Shown: positions 43,696-62,457, counted from the stretch's first letter. The stretch is DNA of 64,000 nucleotides from Chrysomallon squamiferum (GCA_012295275.1 CM022669.1:13702001-13766000), one strand, 5' to 3'. Notes: generated from the letters alone by a model not told the origin. Program-made: numbers and translations.

Positions 43696-45115
43696 TGTGC
43701 TCTGGGAATTGCTGTAGTATTACTTCTGAAACAAAAGAATATGACGATTTAACATGTTTCTTAGTTTGAAGTTTTTTTGGTGACACACAAACTGTATATT
43801 CGTGTTTTGTTTTCTTCAAATATTCAAATCTGAATTTACTAATTTCTTTCTGGATCGGATATTTTTCAGTTATTAATTAAAACCTATACAAATAAATGAA
43901 TAAATAAATAGAAACATTTACGTTCGTGATAATGACTTCTAAAATTAATTGCATATTTATTTATATATAGTTATTGTCATAAATCATGCCGTATACTTTC
44001 TCGTTATGATCCTATCATTTTCTAAGAGAAGTAATATATCAGTGCTCCGCTTTAGTAAATAACTAAAACCAAACAAATCATCATTATTTCTAGGAGACTA
44101 AGTAAATGTTATTAATAGTACAACACCATCTGGAAAACTTAAGAAAACTGTTCTTACATTCATAATTCGATTTTCAGACGTATCGTTCTAAAATTACCAG
44201 TGTTTGTCAGTGGCCAGTCCTCTTTTACCGTCTGTCTCTAACGTGAGAAGATTCTTGATATTTTCTCTGCTGTCTCTAAGGCTCTAACGTGACTGCAAAA
44301 GAAATGTTCACTTCGTTAGGTTTTAATCTTTACCGTTGACTAAGATTACAAAACTATGTTCTGTATTACAAAAACTCTTTATGAATTTAGACCTCTTTTA
44401 TTTATTTAACTTTTTTTTTTTTTTTTTTTTTTTTCAAATCAGTGATTAACAAAATTCCACGGAGTGGTTTTTGAATAAACCAGCGAATAGTCCCAAGAAA
44501 AACACCAAGACTGGTTGAATATAAACATCCCCCACAAAAATAAAAGCCCAAAAAAAAAAAAAAAAAAAAAAATTGGTTCAGAACAACGCACATGTTACGA
44601 CAAGGTTTGTCCCTCTGGCAAGATTAAATAACCTGGATGTCAATCAGCGTTTTTATCTTTTACCTCATGCTGCGTTTTTAGTTTTGTTTTGTCTTCCAGA
44701 TATCCAAGGATCGTTTGTATCTTTTTTTTTTTTTTTTTTTTTTTTCTTTTGCTTCTCCCTCTTTCCAGCGCTAATGACGCACATTAATGCCCTTTTTTAC
44801 GATCTTGAATATCAAATTGGATTTGTTCGAATAATGTATATTAACCCAGATTTAATTTATTTCCTCCATTTATCAACCAGTCACCAGTATATAATTAAGG
44901 GCTTCGAATGGAGTTGTCAGTTTATTTAACAATAAAGTTATCAACTCTTATTAAAAGTATTAGACATATTCTATAACAAAAAATTGACTCATTCTCTAGT
45001 AATATGTTCACACATGCACAGTGGCGTATGTACGCAAACTGGAAAGAACTGAAATTGCGCCAGGTCCTAAATTAGCCGGATTTATTCTTTCAGCCCGTAA
45101 TAATAACAGTGGATC

Positions 45116-45159
<44 letters not shown>

Positions 45160-46682
45160 CGTAACTACATTGAGGCAAGTTAGGCAAATGCCTCATACCT
45201 AAACTGATGATTTTTTATTTTTTATATATATATTTTTTAAATAGAAATATTGTATTTAAAGAAATATAAAATATAAATCTCCATTCCGATAGAAATGATA
45301 TGGACTGAATGAATTCGTTTATGTCTACAGTTGCCGTTTGAAGTCTACCTTAGGCGGCCTTCAGACCCCTAAAAAAATTGTTTTGCCCCGTTCCGCTCGG
45401 CGATTAATATTTTTATCTCATTTCTAAAAGAGTCTAGTTACGGCCATGACAATAATAGATAACGTCGTCTGCACTGCTTAGGACTCCGTAAAGCCTGTGT
45501 CAGTCCAGCAAAGCTTTTGTTCAAGGGAGCATACTGTGAATACAAAAACGAGCAACATTTCCTCTTTCCAGTGCATTTTTTTTTTTTTTTGAGCATCATG
45601 CTGTTTCATGCACTTACATAGCGTGGCATGCCATCCTATTCGTCGAAAAACCCACATGATTTAGTATCTACCCTCCCTGATTGAAAAAAAAAAAAAAAAA
45701 AAAAAAAACCCACACATTAATATTAGTGTGATCACTGTGTTGCAGGTTTTAATCAGTGCAAGTTTTAACATTAGTTTGTTTTTGGCCTACATTTCAGTAT
45801 CTTCTGGTGAATAATTGCATATGTTTTCATAAAACCTTTATGTCAGAAAAAAAAAAAAAAAAAAAAAAAATCAAGAAGGAAACGAATACAAATTTGGACC
45901 TGTTGAAAGTTATCAGATGTAACATGAAACATTTGTTTGCAGGTAGTGGATAATCCTCATGAAATTGATAATTCATAACTTGACCCCTACCTCAGGCAAC
46001 CTACCCTACCATGTTTGTGGTTTGAAGTATGTCATGTTTTCTTTTGTTTCAGAGAGAGATTTATTTTTTCAAAAAAGATCTGTAACATGAAAAAATTCTC
46101 GGAGTCAGAATCAAATAATAATAATAATAATAATAATAAACATGTATTTAAAAATACAACACTGAATTTACTGCATATTAATGAACAACAGTTAAGTCCC
46201 CTTACAAGTTGTAAAGCAGGTACATTTTGCAAGTAAAAAAGCTTTAATAAATTTATAGACTGAAACAATATAGCTTTTTTTAAACACATTTATTATTATG
46301 CTTATAAATGTATTTCTAAAGATCATTTACTGGACACTTGTCATCTTCTTTGACACACTTACTGGCAAGTTCAGCCAGTACCCCTTGTTTATTAAAGTCT
46401 ATGGTATGTGCTTTCCTGCTCATGTGTAAAATGCATACAAAAATATATTTTACTGCCAAAATGAAAATAATTATAAATTTTCTAGTCAGGGAAACATACG
46501 ATGAAGACCTTTGATAAACAACTAACGAAGCATTAGTTGGAATGGGTGAAAGATGATTGGAAGGACTAAGGATTTACTGATTCTGCAACCAAACATGCTT
46601 CAGTAACATGTGGCTGTAATTATTCTCTCTTTATCGTCACAAACTTCAGGCTGATTTTAGTCTGTGTTTTAGAACTGGATGA

Positions 46683-48030
46683 TTACAACCCGTTCATGTG
46701 ATGCAACCGCCGTCTTTCGAGACAAACCCTTTCTTGTTCTATTTGCAGCAGCTCTTTCTCAGTTTCCAGCCTTTCCTTAGCCACCCTCAGTCTCTCCTGC
46801 TCCACTGTCAGCCTCTCTGACTCTAACTTAGCGATGTCGTTACTGATCGAAGATGCAAGAAGAGAATACGTGTAGGGTTGCTTCGGTAACTGACTGGAAG
46901 AAAATGTCATGGGCTGTTGTCTGGTATCAGAATCAGTTCGACTGTGATGACCACAAGATGAATTTAACGACTCTCTGTTAAATCCTGAGTTAGCAGTCCT
47001 AGTGACAACAGTAAAACCTGGGTTTCCATTCTCGTCATCCACACCGCTCTCTATTTTCACTTCAACTGGAAAATGATGATCCGTGTTCGCCTGCTCAGAA
47101 TTCGGGGCATCCTGACTGCAAGAACATTCGTGTTCCAACTGCCTGGATGTCACTGGGATGATGACAGTTGCATGTCCAGTTTCTAAGTCTCCTCTCTGTT
47201 GCAAGATTCTTGATACTTTCTCTGCTGTTGAAGTTTCAGGTTCGTATGTATCAACTCCATTGTGCCTCTTCTGTCCAGAATTCATGTGCTTTGTATCACT
47301 TTCAAAATTCTGTTCAGCAAATTTGAGTGACCTGAACTGTTAAAATGAAAAAAAAAAAATAATAATTGTTAGATCTTATATATTCTTTGCCTTTTAACAT
47401 AGGAACACAGAAGCTATAATTATAAAAATAATAACAACAACAAAATAAATATTTAAATAATAGTAATAATACTAACAACAATAATAATACTAATAATAAC
47501 AATAGTAAAATAAATAATAATATCAATAACAATAACAACAAAATAAAATAAATAATAATAAAATAAATAATCATAATAATCATAATAATAATAATCTTAA
47601 TAACAGTGTATTTAAAAACATGGAAGCAATACAAAAAATAATTTTGCTATTTACATCAATTACTGATTTTTTCAAAAGAAACCTTAATGAATTGATAAAA
47701 AAGATTTATTTGTGGTGTGAAAAGTTAACATAAACTCCATGTTATTTGTTAAAGTAATGAGAAACTGCAACAAGTTTAGTTTTTGATGTCTCGAAAGATA
47801 TCCCAGTTACTAAATATGACACAATTTACCTTGTTACAATAAAAAAAAAAATAATAAAAAAGATGAGCTGACTGCAACAGTAACTTTCAACAAGTTTAAA
47901 TGTAATAGTTTACTTAATAAAACTGTATTAATATATCTGGTAACAATTTGATTGTAGTATGTGCACACAGACACAGACATACACACAAATACATTTACTA
48001 ATATTTATTTTTTCACTCTGTCACTCACTA

Positions 48031-48118
<88 letters not shown>

Positions 48119-49176
48119 ACTGTAATTCTTTCTACCCATTTATTAAATGGGTAAAAATATTTTACCACCATCAAAGGATCCTTCTTTTTTCTGGCACTGT
48201 ATGTGATCTTTTTGGATGTAATCCCAGCTTCCTCGCACATTGTCTTAACCAAGGAGCCTATTGTGTTTTTTCCAAGTCCGTTACTCAGGTAACAACTTTC
48301 AGCAAGTCTGAACACACGGAAATACTCAGGTAAAATGGAGAATCAGGAGAATTCATGTCTTTTGGTCGCCTGGATACAAATACTCGATACATGTAAACAG
48401 GGCATCTGTCATTGCCTAAAAATTTACAGTGAAAAAATGTTGTATGTCATAATTAAAATTACAAATAATAATATAAAATAAAAAAAAATAAAAAAAAAAT
48501 AATAAATTGACTAATAACAAAAGTAAATCTCTCTGTTGTATATATATATATATATATATTTTTTTTTTATATATATCTACACACATACACACACTAACAT
48601 GTATATGAAACAGATAAAAGGAAATATAGTTTTCTGATTTTTTCTTCTCCCTTTTATCTTAATTTGCATAAATTTTTACATTCAATCAACATTTTATACT
48701 TTCCAAACAAACTGTAATAAAATATTAATAACAATTTATTTATTTATGCATTTCTTTTTTCTTTTCTTTTCAATTTTTCTTTCTTTTATCTTTTTGGGGA
48801 GGTTTTTTTGTTTTGTTTTTAAAATTTTTGAAGATAAATTATAATTTATCTGTTCTTTGTACAATCAAAAAACAAAAATTATGTTTCCTTCTTTGCTTTG
48901 AAAAAATATGTGTTAGAAAGGAGTTAAAATTGACCCTCAGAATTAGTTCAGTCTCTTTGCTAGTTTAATTAACTTAAGATAAAACATGAACATTTATTAA
49001 TAGGTATCAGTTAATATAATTTAGTAAACAAATGTGTTTTTTAAATATCTTGGAAATTTTATGAAAGTCTATAAACCATCAGTGATGGAGTTTTATGTCA
49101 TAAGCTTGACTTAGCTGCAGACTGATTATAAATTACAAATGATTTGAAACAATTTTAAATTATTATTTTAAAAAAT

Positions 49177-49255
<79 letters not shown>

Positions 49256-49757
49256 TAGCACATATCTGTAGGCACACATACACACACACACAATCTATAA
49301 ATGTGTATTTTAAATTCAAAACATCTCATCTTAACTTTCCTTTTATGAAAAGTAATAAGACATGTTAAAAACACAGTGGTGTTTACCTGGCTGTGATTTA
49401 ATCACTGGTCGCAGTATCATATCCCTGCAGTCTGTCAGTGCTATTTTATTTCTAGCCATCTTTCCAACATATTCAAGATATTCAGCACCATCGTCTGTCG
49501 TTTTTAACTCTATCTCTCCCCATTTCAGTCTCACATGCTCTTTTCTTGACTCCAAGCCAAAGTAAATGGCATTGTTGAGGAAGACTGTGTTTTGTAATGC
49601 TCTTACATTGCCTAGTTATTTTTTTTTTTTTTTTTTTTTTTTTTAAATAAAATAAATAATAAAATATATAAATAAATAAAATAATATTTGTTATTTATAC
49701 TGGTGGTTTATTCTCTGTGTGAAGGTGTATGTGTGCTTCTGTGTCTGTCTGTCTGTC

Positions 49758-49794
<37 letters not shown>

Positions 49795-49993
49795 CAGATT
49801 GAAGGTTTGAGTGTTTTTAATGTGAGGGGGCCTGGGGTTGTATTTAAGTGTGGCTGGTATGGGGGAGGTATGAATGAGTATTTGTGAGTGGATGTAGGGA
49901 ATGTTTGTGAGTGTTTGTAGGCAGTTTGTGACTGTTAACTACTTTGATGTATAATAATTACTTAATTAAAGCCAAACAAAATTAATATTTGAA

Positions 49994-50031
<38 letters not shown>

Positions 50032-50670
50032 CAATTTTATTAATGTTTTTATGTTGTATGTAATTTATATTTTATCAGAAAAGAAAAGAAAAGAAAAAAT
50101 TCAGAGAGAGAGAAAGAGAGAGAGATTATTTTTTTTCGGTTTCTTTCTTTTTTTCTTTCTTTATTTCTATATTTATGTATTACCTGTTCCAAGTAGATTC
50201 TTGGCGTAAAGAAGATCTATTTCTTCTGGTGTAAACGGCTCTTCTTTATTTTGTCGTTTCTTCAATTCCTTCCTTTTTGATAGCAGCACCTCTCTGGAGT
50301 GTTTAAATTCTTCATCTAACAGCACATTTACAGCCACCAGTTTCTCGCTGAGATATCTGTTAATGCTACACTGAAATGATTTTAATGATTCTGGCTCGTA
50401 TTCTTCCCCATCCAACTTTTTGGCATTAGAGAAAAAGCTGGCCATGTGTTCGTCAAGTTCTTTTAACGGAATACATTCCGGTGGTCTCGTTTCGTTAGAC
50501 GCCTTCAACCAGTCTACGAATTTTTTGACGTCACTCACAGTTTTGCGTATTGTGTTTCGATTACGCATCGGATGCGTACCTTCTTCGATTTCAGTATCGC
50601 CCTGATCCAACAGACTATCTTCTTCCGGTCCGATAAGTCCATTATCACTGTGTTTTCGTTTATCAGACAT
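46683..50670 (-). CDS. Crypton/tyrosine-recombinase-derived (DUF3504; QRICH1/ZMYM/KCTD1-like) protein with a C-terminal coiled coil; one apparent frameshift in exon 3
   Basis: Exons 50670-50184, 49611-49387, 48415-48166 and 47336-46683. Motifs: NRNTIRKT..DVKKF.DWL, ELDEHMASFF..AKKLDGEEYEPESLKSFQCSINRYL, FKHSREVL.SKRKELK, FTPEEIDLLY, ALQNTVF....YFGL..R.EH..LKWGEI, RCPVYMYRVFVSRRP...DSPFYL and LGKNTIGSLVKTMCEEAG. The frame shifts at tccgtgtgttcag (~48310-48320), giving TGA at 48287-48285; removing 2 nt gives 537 aa. Confidence 0.8.
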
Positions 50671-51560
50671 CTTGCTATGATCTGCGTTCACCTTATGCTA
50701 CATTGTAATCCTTATAATAATCCTTACCAACATAAATATGTCCTTAATACGTTCCACTCTTAATCTAAGAGCAGCTTATTAAGTTTTATAATTGTGTTCT
50801 TTTCATATCGTACGTGGATATCGCGTGGCAATATGGACGTCTGCGTCTAATACGAGATGTTGTGAGCGTGATACTGATCGATATCCGGCTGTAGCAGTGC
50901 TGGGGTATGACCTGGTGAGTTATTTTTAGACTCGGGTTGACCTAGATTTAGAGGTTTTCGTCTTTCATCGTTTTTTCATCGTAAATAATCAGTATTTCAT
51001 ACACAGTTTTGGCAAGGCTGTTCCTAAAATGGGACTTAAATCGAGTTTCTGTATGATGGTTATTAAATGGAGTAAATTACCGTAAACGGCCGAGAGTTTA
51101 TTTATTTATTTTATTTAATTTTAAAGTTTGTAAATTTTGTAGTTTAAAGGATTTCTTTTTCATTTTTATGATCTTTTTTTTTTTTTCTTGTTATTTATTT
51201 ATTTCCTACTCTGTATACCAAACAAAATGGTTTTAATAAGATATATTTTTTTTTTTTTTTTTTTATTGTTTTATTATTATTATTTTTGATACTCAAAAGA
51301 AGCTACAAGAAAACATTTTATAATTTACATCACAGTATTTATCATATCTTGTAAAATTCGTGATTCTTAAAGTTAAATTATATATTGATAAAGGTACTCC
51401 AAGACGAGACTGCTTTCTTTCAAAACTAATGTTGTTTTCTTGTCGTCGTCATCATCATTATCATCATTTATTTATTTATTTATTTATTTTATTAAACTTT
51501 AGCTGCCTTGGTCTAGTTCTAAGAAATCAAAGAAAGCTACCATTTTTTTTCCAGTGCTGT

Positions 51561-51641
<81 letters not shown>

Positions 51642-51783
51642 ATTAAATGCAACCTTATTTATTGTAAAGTTAGCAAAGCAACAAAGCCATGCAGGGGTTA
51701 TATATAACTTTAATATCTCATACACTATTACGTTTCTCAAAACTGATCTACTCAGCTATCTTTCTGGTTCGATTTTCAGTTTC

Positions 51784-57246
<5,463 letters not shown>

Positions 57247-57369
57247 TGTTGGAAACGATTAAATTGATGAATAGCTTCAGGTATTTTTATCTTTAAAAAA
57301 AAAAAATATGAAAGAAAGAAAAGAAAAAGAGATATAGTATTAATGGTAAATTGTAGGATAAAAGAGAGA

Positions 57370-57491
<122 letters not shown>

Positions 57492-58219
57492 ATTATAATA
57501 TATATATTCTGTTTTCATATGTAAGTCTATGGATGTGGGAGTGTGTAGCTGTGTCTGTATATAGTCATTATTATTATTAATTATTCCAGTGATTTAAATC
57601 GAAAAATAAATAAATAAAAAATTTTGTTACGAATAATAATAAATAAATAAATACAAAAGAATTACAGTTGTCTCCCTTTGACTGTTATCATCCATTTTTT
57701 TTTTTTTTTTTTTTTTTTTTCAAATTTTACTTTTAATTGTGGCTGTCCATGAAATGTTTTAAAAATATGATATTTCGTATCTTCTTCTTCTCATACATAC
57801 TTTAAACGTATTATAAACCCCGTTGTCGTTGATCAAGCTTCTGCTCCACTCTGAAAACATTGATTGATTGAATTAATTTTGAAATGACAGTTGTATGTGT
57901 GCGAACGATAGCTGTGTATTTTGTGTGTGTGTGTGTTAGTGAGCGTTGGTGTCGGTATGCGTGTGTGGATGACTGTGTATGTGACTGAGTATGTATGTAT
58001 GTATGTATAATGTATGTGTGTTCTGAGTATGGATGTTTGTAAGCATTGGTGTGTTTCAATGTGGGCGTTGGTGAAAAATGTTTAATGATGGTGAAACAAC
58101 AGTGAATTACTTTCGTCTTTTTGTTATCCTTTTTAATTCTTAAATATGTTATTGAGATACTTTAATCGTACAAATTACTGTAATAATAACTATCTGCAAT
58201 ATTTTGTTAACATATACAG

Positions 58220-58900
58220 TACCTTTCCAGAACTTGCACGTTTTGACGTCATATTATTTAGTTACTAAAAGAAAACAAAAAAAAACACCACAAAAACAGC
58301 AAAAACTGGTGACGTCACGTATTCTAGAATTAGTAATTGATGGTTAAACACACTAAAGGAGTACACATGTATAATGTGGTAAATATGAAAACTAATAACA
58401 TTCATAATCTGCTTTAGTAGTTTCTGATTTGAATATCACCTGCAGTGCGGTGAAAACCTGGCACGCAAGTAGCATAGACCAACAGGAACAATAACTCGTA
58501 ACGGCACAAATTATGTTACGAAAAAAATGCCTCCAGAAATTTCGCCGATTTAATGGGTACAAACAACACCTAAATGTTCTTTTCTGCTGGGTTCTGACAG
58601 GGGGAACACTGAAAACTACAAAAGTTAATACATTAATCTTATTCCGAAATATAATTTCAGTTTATTAAGCACGCATTTGCACAAAAATAATATACTCTGA
58701 AATGTTTGATGAAGTTGAAAAAATAGTTAGGACGGGCGCGTGACTTCATGGTTTGGTAATGTGAACAACCATCCTTACCTTTATCAGTATCGATCATAAA
58801 AGGTTTTAAAAAATGGACGTAAAATAGTTTAATTTGGAAGATTAAAAACCCGGTCAAACGGTTTCCGAGTGCTCACGGAAAGTTACGATCGAAATCAAAG
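58220..58900. promoter_or_regulatory. Candidate bidirectional promoter: SLC22 5' UTR exon (minus; donor at ~58222) and a plus-strand gene; two perfect CRE palindromes
   Basis: TGACGTCA at 58244-58251 and 58310-58317, CpG-enriched relative to the flanks, a minus-strand donor ggaaag|gtactg, and AAGATGGC at 58898. Confidence 0.4.
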
Positions 58901-58919
58901 ATGGCTGCGTCGAACGCCG
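58901..58919 (+). CDS. Putative first coding micro-exon (MAASNA) of an unidentified gene
   Basis: aagATGGCTGCGTCGAACGCCG|gtaagt: strong start context and a perfect donor. No compatible second exon was identified in the window. Confidence 0.4.
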
Positions 58920-59715
58920 GTAAGTGTTTACAAACATTTAAACATTTATTCACATTCATAATGCAATCAGTTCTACGTTGATTATTAAAAGTATTTTTTG
59001 GAAAGATATCATACAAGCAATGTCTCCTATACATAGGTGTCTGTTATTGAGAAGTAATTACTGCAAAGGTGGAAAAGGGTTTCTTTCTAGCTTTCTCTAT
59101 TCATTAATTTATTCATTTACTCATTTATTATTTGCTTTAACTCCGTCTTCATACGAAACTTCATACATATGTACTGTATTATTTTTCACATATTATTTAT
59201 ATATTATTTTTATTATCAAAATACAAACATCATGTGAATTTCCTCAACCCATTCAGGTTATTACGTATTTTTCCTTGTCCATGTTGTATATCGGGATATG
59301 CATAATTGTTCTGCTTTATTTTCACTTGTGTATTATTTACAGGTATCTGTCACCAGTAGTGTTATGAGGTGACATCAATTTCAGTTTCTCATTGAATCTT
59401 GAAACAAACACAGCTGTTCATAGAATTTGACAGAAGTCTTAGTTTTACATCCGTCAGTGAAAGACTGTATCGAAAGATATCTGCAGTTTTTGAATTATTT
59501 CCACAGTGTTTTTTGGTGTGTGTTTTTTTTTTTTTTTTTTTCCTCATATTAGGTACATTGTGGGGTATTCATCTTTTATAACTTCACCTGTCCATATGTA
59601 CTGTTGTACACATTCAAGTAGCTCAGTTTCCTGAAGATAAGAAACGTTTACAATTCTACACAAACAGTTAATACTGGTGGAATTCTTACTAAAACATAGT
59701 AGTCCACAATCAGCC

Positions 59716-59947
59716 ATGGATGCTGCAAAAATTAAACTGAAAGGTGAACTTGATTTCACTAGCAAACACATATCACAAATGAAATGTTGAAGTGAAAAAA
59801 AAAAAAAAGGTGCAAGACTTAGAGATCAAAAAAGAAAGATACAGAATACAAAAGTTGAATTCAGCTTTGTTATGAACAATTAGGCCAACAAACAAACAAA
59901 AAAACAAATCGCAATTAATGCAGAGGTAAAAACTCTTTCCAAAATAG

Positions 59948-59980
<33 letters not shown>

Positions 59981-60587
59981 AATGTCAAATGAAGTTTTAA
60001 GAAAGAGAAATGAAAAATTGGAGATAAAAAAATATATATATTATTCAAAAGAACAAAAGATTAATGTCCACATTATAAATTAAATAAAATGGCCTGTGTT
60101 CAAAAAAACAACTGAAATAAAAAAAAAAAAAAATGTTGTCAAATGGTATCAAATGAAGTTTTAGAGAAAGTCTAAAGGAAAAGCAGACATAAAAAAGGTG
60201 TTAATTATCTGAGACAATTTAAACCAGGGTTTTCAAACATTTTGAATTAAATATTTGGGCTTTGTTTAGGGACTCCCTTATAAACGCTTATGAAATTTAT
60301 TATAAAATTTGCTTAAAATAAAATATTTTTACATTTATTTACCTGTTATTTCATGAGTGCTCACATTTACAAATATAAGAAAAAAATTTGATTCGTCCCA
60401 TATAAAATCAAACTGCCTATAAAAGTATTCACTGTCCACGGACCCCCTGTCTTTAATTAGACCCCCTGTGGTCGGAGACAGTTTGAAAACCCCTGGTTTA
60501 AACTACTAAATGACTATTCTGCACCCACTAGAAAACAATAACACAAACAAGAATTCAATATGAATAATTGTTTTATATATATATATA

Positions 60588-60646
<59 letters not shown>

Positions 60647-61260
60647 TTACAAAAATTTGAAATGTAAAAATATAAAATAAACGTGATTATACAAGATAGC
60701 TAATTAAACAATACTGAATAAAAACAAATGGCGTTGATGAATAAAACATAACTAATTCAGCCCAGTTATCTTTTAATTATTAAAATACGTATCTTAGTTT
60801 TTAAGCGTAAGAACTAACCACAGAATAACAAAATAAACATTCAATAGTAATAGATTAGTTTTTGTATATTTACCGCCATTTTCTTATATTAATTAGCTAA
60901 ACATTTAAGAAATGTAAAAATATAAATTATAAACGTGATTATACAAGATAATTAAATTAATATTACTGTATAATAATAATATACTTAAGATAAAAGGTAG
61001 TAGACATTCTGCTTTAAATTGGCATATAAAAATATGGATTTTGTGAATATTATATAATTTACAAAACAGAAAACAAAAATTACAGTTAAAAACAAGTTCA
61101 TTAAAGAAAGAGATAAAGATTTTGAAAAAAAACAAACCCCAGGCCATTACATCAGAAAAGGAGAAAAATGCTCTGAAAGAGAAGTTAAAAGAAACAATGA
61201 TGGCATTGATGAAAATTAACTTTTTGGGGAAAATCGTATTTAGAAGCAAAGTTTAAAATG
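59716..61260 (+). pseudogene. Decayed Lys/Glu/Leu-rich coiled-coil ORF remnants
   Basis: gccATGG then MDAAKIKLKGELDFTSKHISQMKC*...KVQDLEIKKERYRIQKLNSALL*, and at ~61050-61256 YNLQNRKQKLQLKTSSLKKEIKILKKNKPQAITSEKEKNALKEKLKETMMAL. Interrupted by stops, A-runs and a MITE. Confidence 0.3.
60225..60495. mobile_element. hAT-type non-autonomous element (MITE), 271 bp
   Basis: TIRs CAGGGTTTTCAAAC (60225) and GTTTGAAAACCCCTG (60481-60495), an 8-bp TSD atttaaac/gtttaaac (7/8 match), and subterminal gaccccctgt repeats. Confidence 0.85.
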
Positions 61261-61569
61261 CATGAAACAGTTACTGAAAGATGATAAATCTAATGTAATA
61301 ACCACAAATGAATCAGAAAAAAAATCCTAAAACCAGAAAACAGTCTGTTGTATAATCTGATGTTAGCTGATGGTTTTGGTGTCCATAATATAAGCAAATA
61401 TTTTTTAAAGATCGGTCAACCGGTCGTATAAAACAATTCGTCAAAAATTAATTTTTCACTCAACATCTAAAACATCTATGCAAACAATGAGTTTCCTGTT
61501 TTAAATTCAAAACAAATGATCGGTCCATGCTAACACAAGCACTGGACGTCATTCATGACAAGTATGTTC

Positions 61570-62457
61570 TCATGATAAGTATGTTCTCACTGTTCCCAGT
61601 ATGCATTTGCCACAAGAAAAACACGATTTCGTTTTATTAACACAAGCTTCGCAACACGATATGTGGCCGCAAGGAAGACATAAGATAACCGCTTCGCTGT
61701 TACATTTTAGACATTTGGGCTTTCCTGTTCGTCGAGACTCTCCTTTTTCATCTTTCAAAGCCGAATTTTTCTCAGTTGTCGACTTTTCACAAGAATCCCT
61801 TTGCGTTTTACCACCAGAGTTAGAGGTGTTGTGTCCTCCGTTCTGTACATCCACTTCATTTGTTATATTCAGCCGTATTTTCATTATTTCTTCTACAATA
61901 TTGGCAACATTATTTTTGTTGTTTTCATTTATTACTTTTCTTATCTCGACCTCGGTGAATCCCATCTTAATGACGGTCTGCACGTAACTGCTGTTAGGAT
62001 TAAAACTGGTTGAACTTGCAGCTGTTCTGGTTTCTGCTGGTACTTGATAGCGTGAATTTGTAGAAACAGGCTCATTCACTGCATCAGAAACAAACCGACA
62101 TCTCGGAGAAAGCCGTAAATGTTCTACTAAAGGATCGTCGTTTTTCTGCCAGTTTCTCACAGTGATACCACACGAGAAACATCGCACTCTGTCTCCTGAG
62201 CCTATGTAAAAGAAACCTGCAGATGCGAAACTTTCGGGAGTTTGGGTGTAATATCTAACAGGCCATCCCACAAAAGTCTGTATTCTTGACCCGAAACTCT
62301 CGTACTCCGGCCATCGTGGTTTCTGATTCGTATTACTAACCGAGTCCGCATGCGTTGCTCCGACTTCCGACATTCTGCAACCATCTTCTTCCACAAAGCA
62401 AGATGTGGTTGCTTCCCTTTGATTTTGATTTTGATGATCATCTTTTGGAGATGTCAT
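61570..62457 (-). CDS. Inhibitor of apoptosis (IAP/BIRC) protein: one BIR, a UBA-like segment and a C-terminal RING; CDS in a single exon, 295 aa
   Basis: BIR: RIQTFVGWP...PESFASAGFFYIGSGDRVRCFSCGITVRNWQKNDDPLVEHLRLSPRCRFV. UBA-like: VQTVIKMGFTEVEIRKVI. RING: CLKC...LPCGHISCCEAC...CFSC..ILGTVRTYLS. A 5' UTR acceptor (ttcctttcag) lies at ~62631. Confidence 0.95.
   Translation of the reverse strand: MTSPKDDHQNQNQREATTSCFVEEDGCRMSEVGATHADSVSNTNQKPRWPEYESFGSRIQTFVGWPVRYYTQTPESFASAGFFYIGSGDRVRCFSCGITVRNWQKNDDPLVEHLRLSPRCRFVSDAVNEPVSTNSRYQVPAETRTAASSTSFNPNSSYVQTVIKMGFTEVEIRKVINENNKNNVANIVEEIMKIRLNITNEVDVQNGGHNTSNSGGKTQRDSCEKSTTEKNSALKDEKGESRRTGKPKCLKCNSEAVILCLPCGHISCCEACVNKTKSCFSCGKCILGTVRTYLS

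Noticed and set aside
46683-50691. Active Crypton transposon or phage integrase
   Set aside because: Catalytic R/K/H are substituted, the Tyr segment is missing, and no element termini were seen.
50671-50691. ORF-track start at 50691
   Set aside because: It is a GTG; the first ATG in good context is at 50670 (an upstream exon cannot be excluded).
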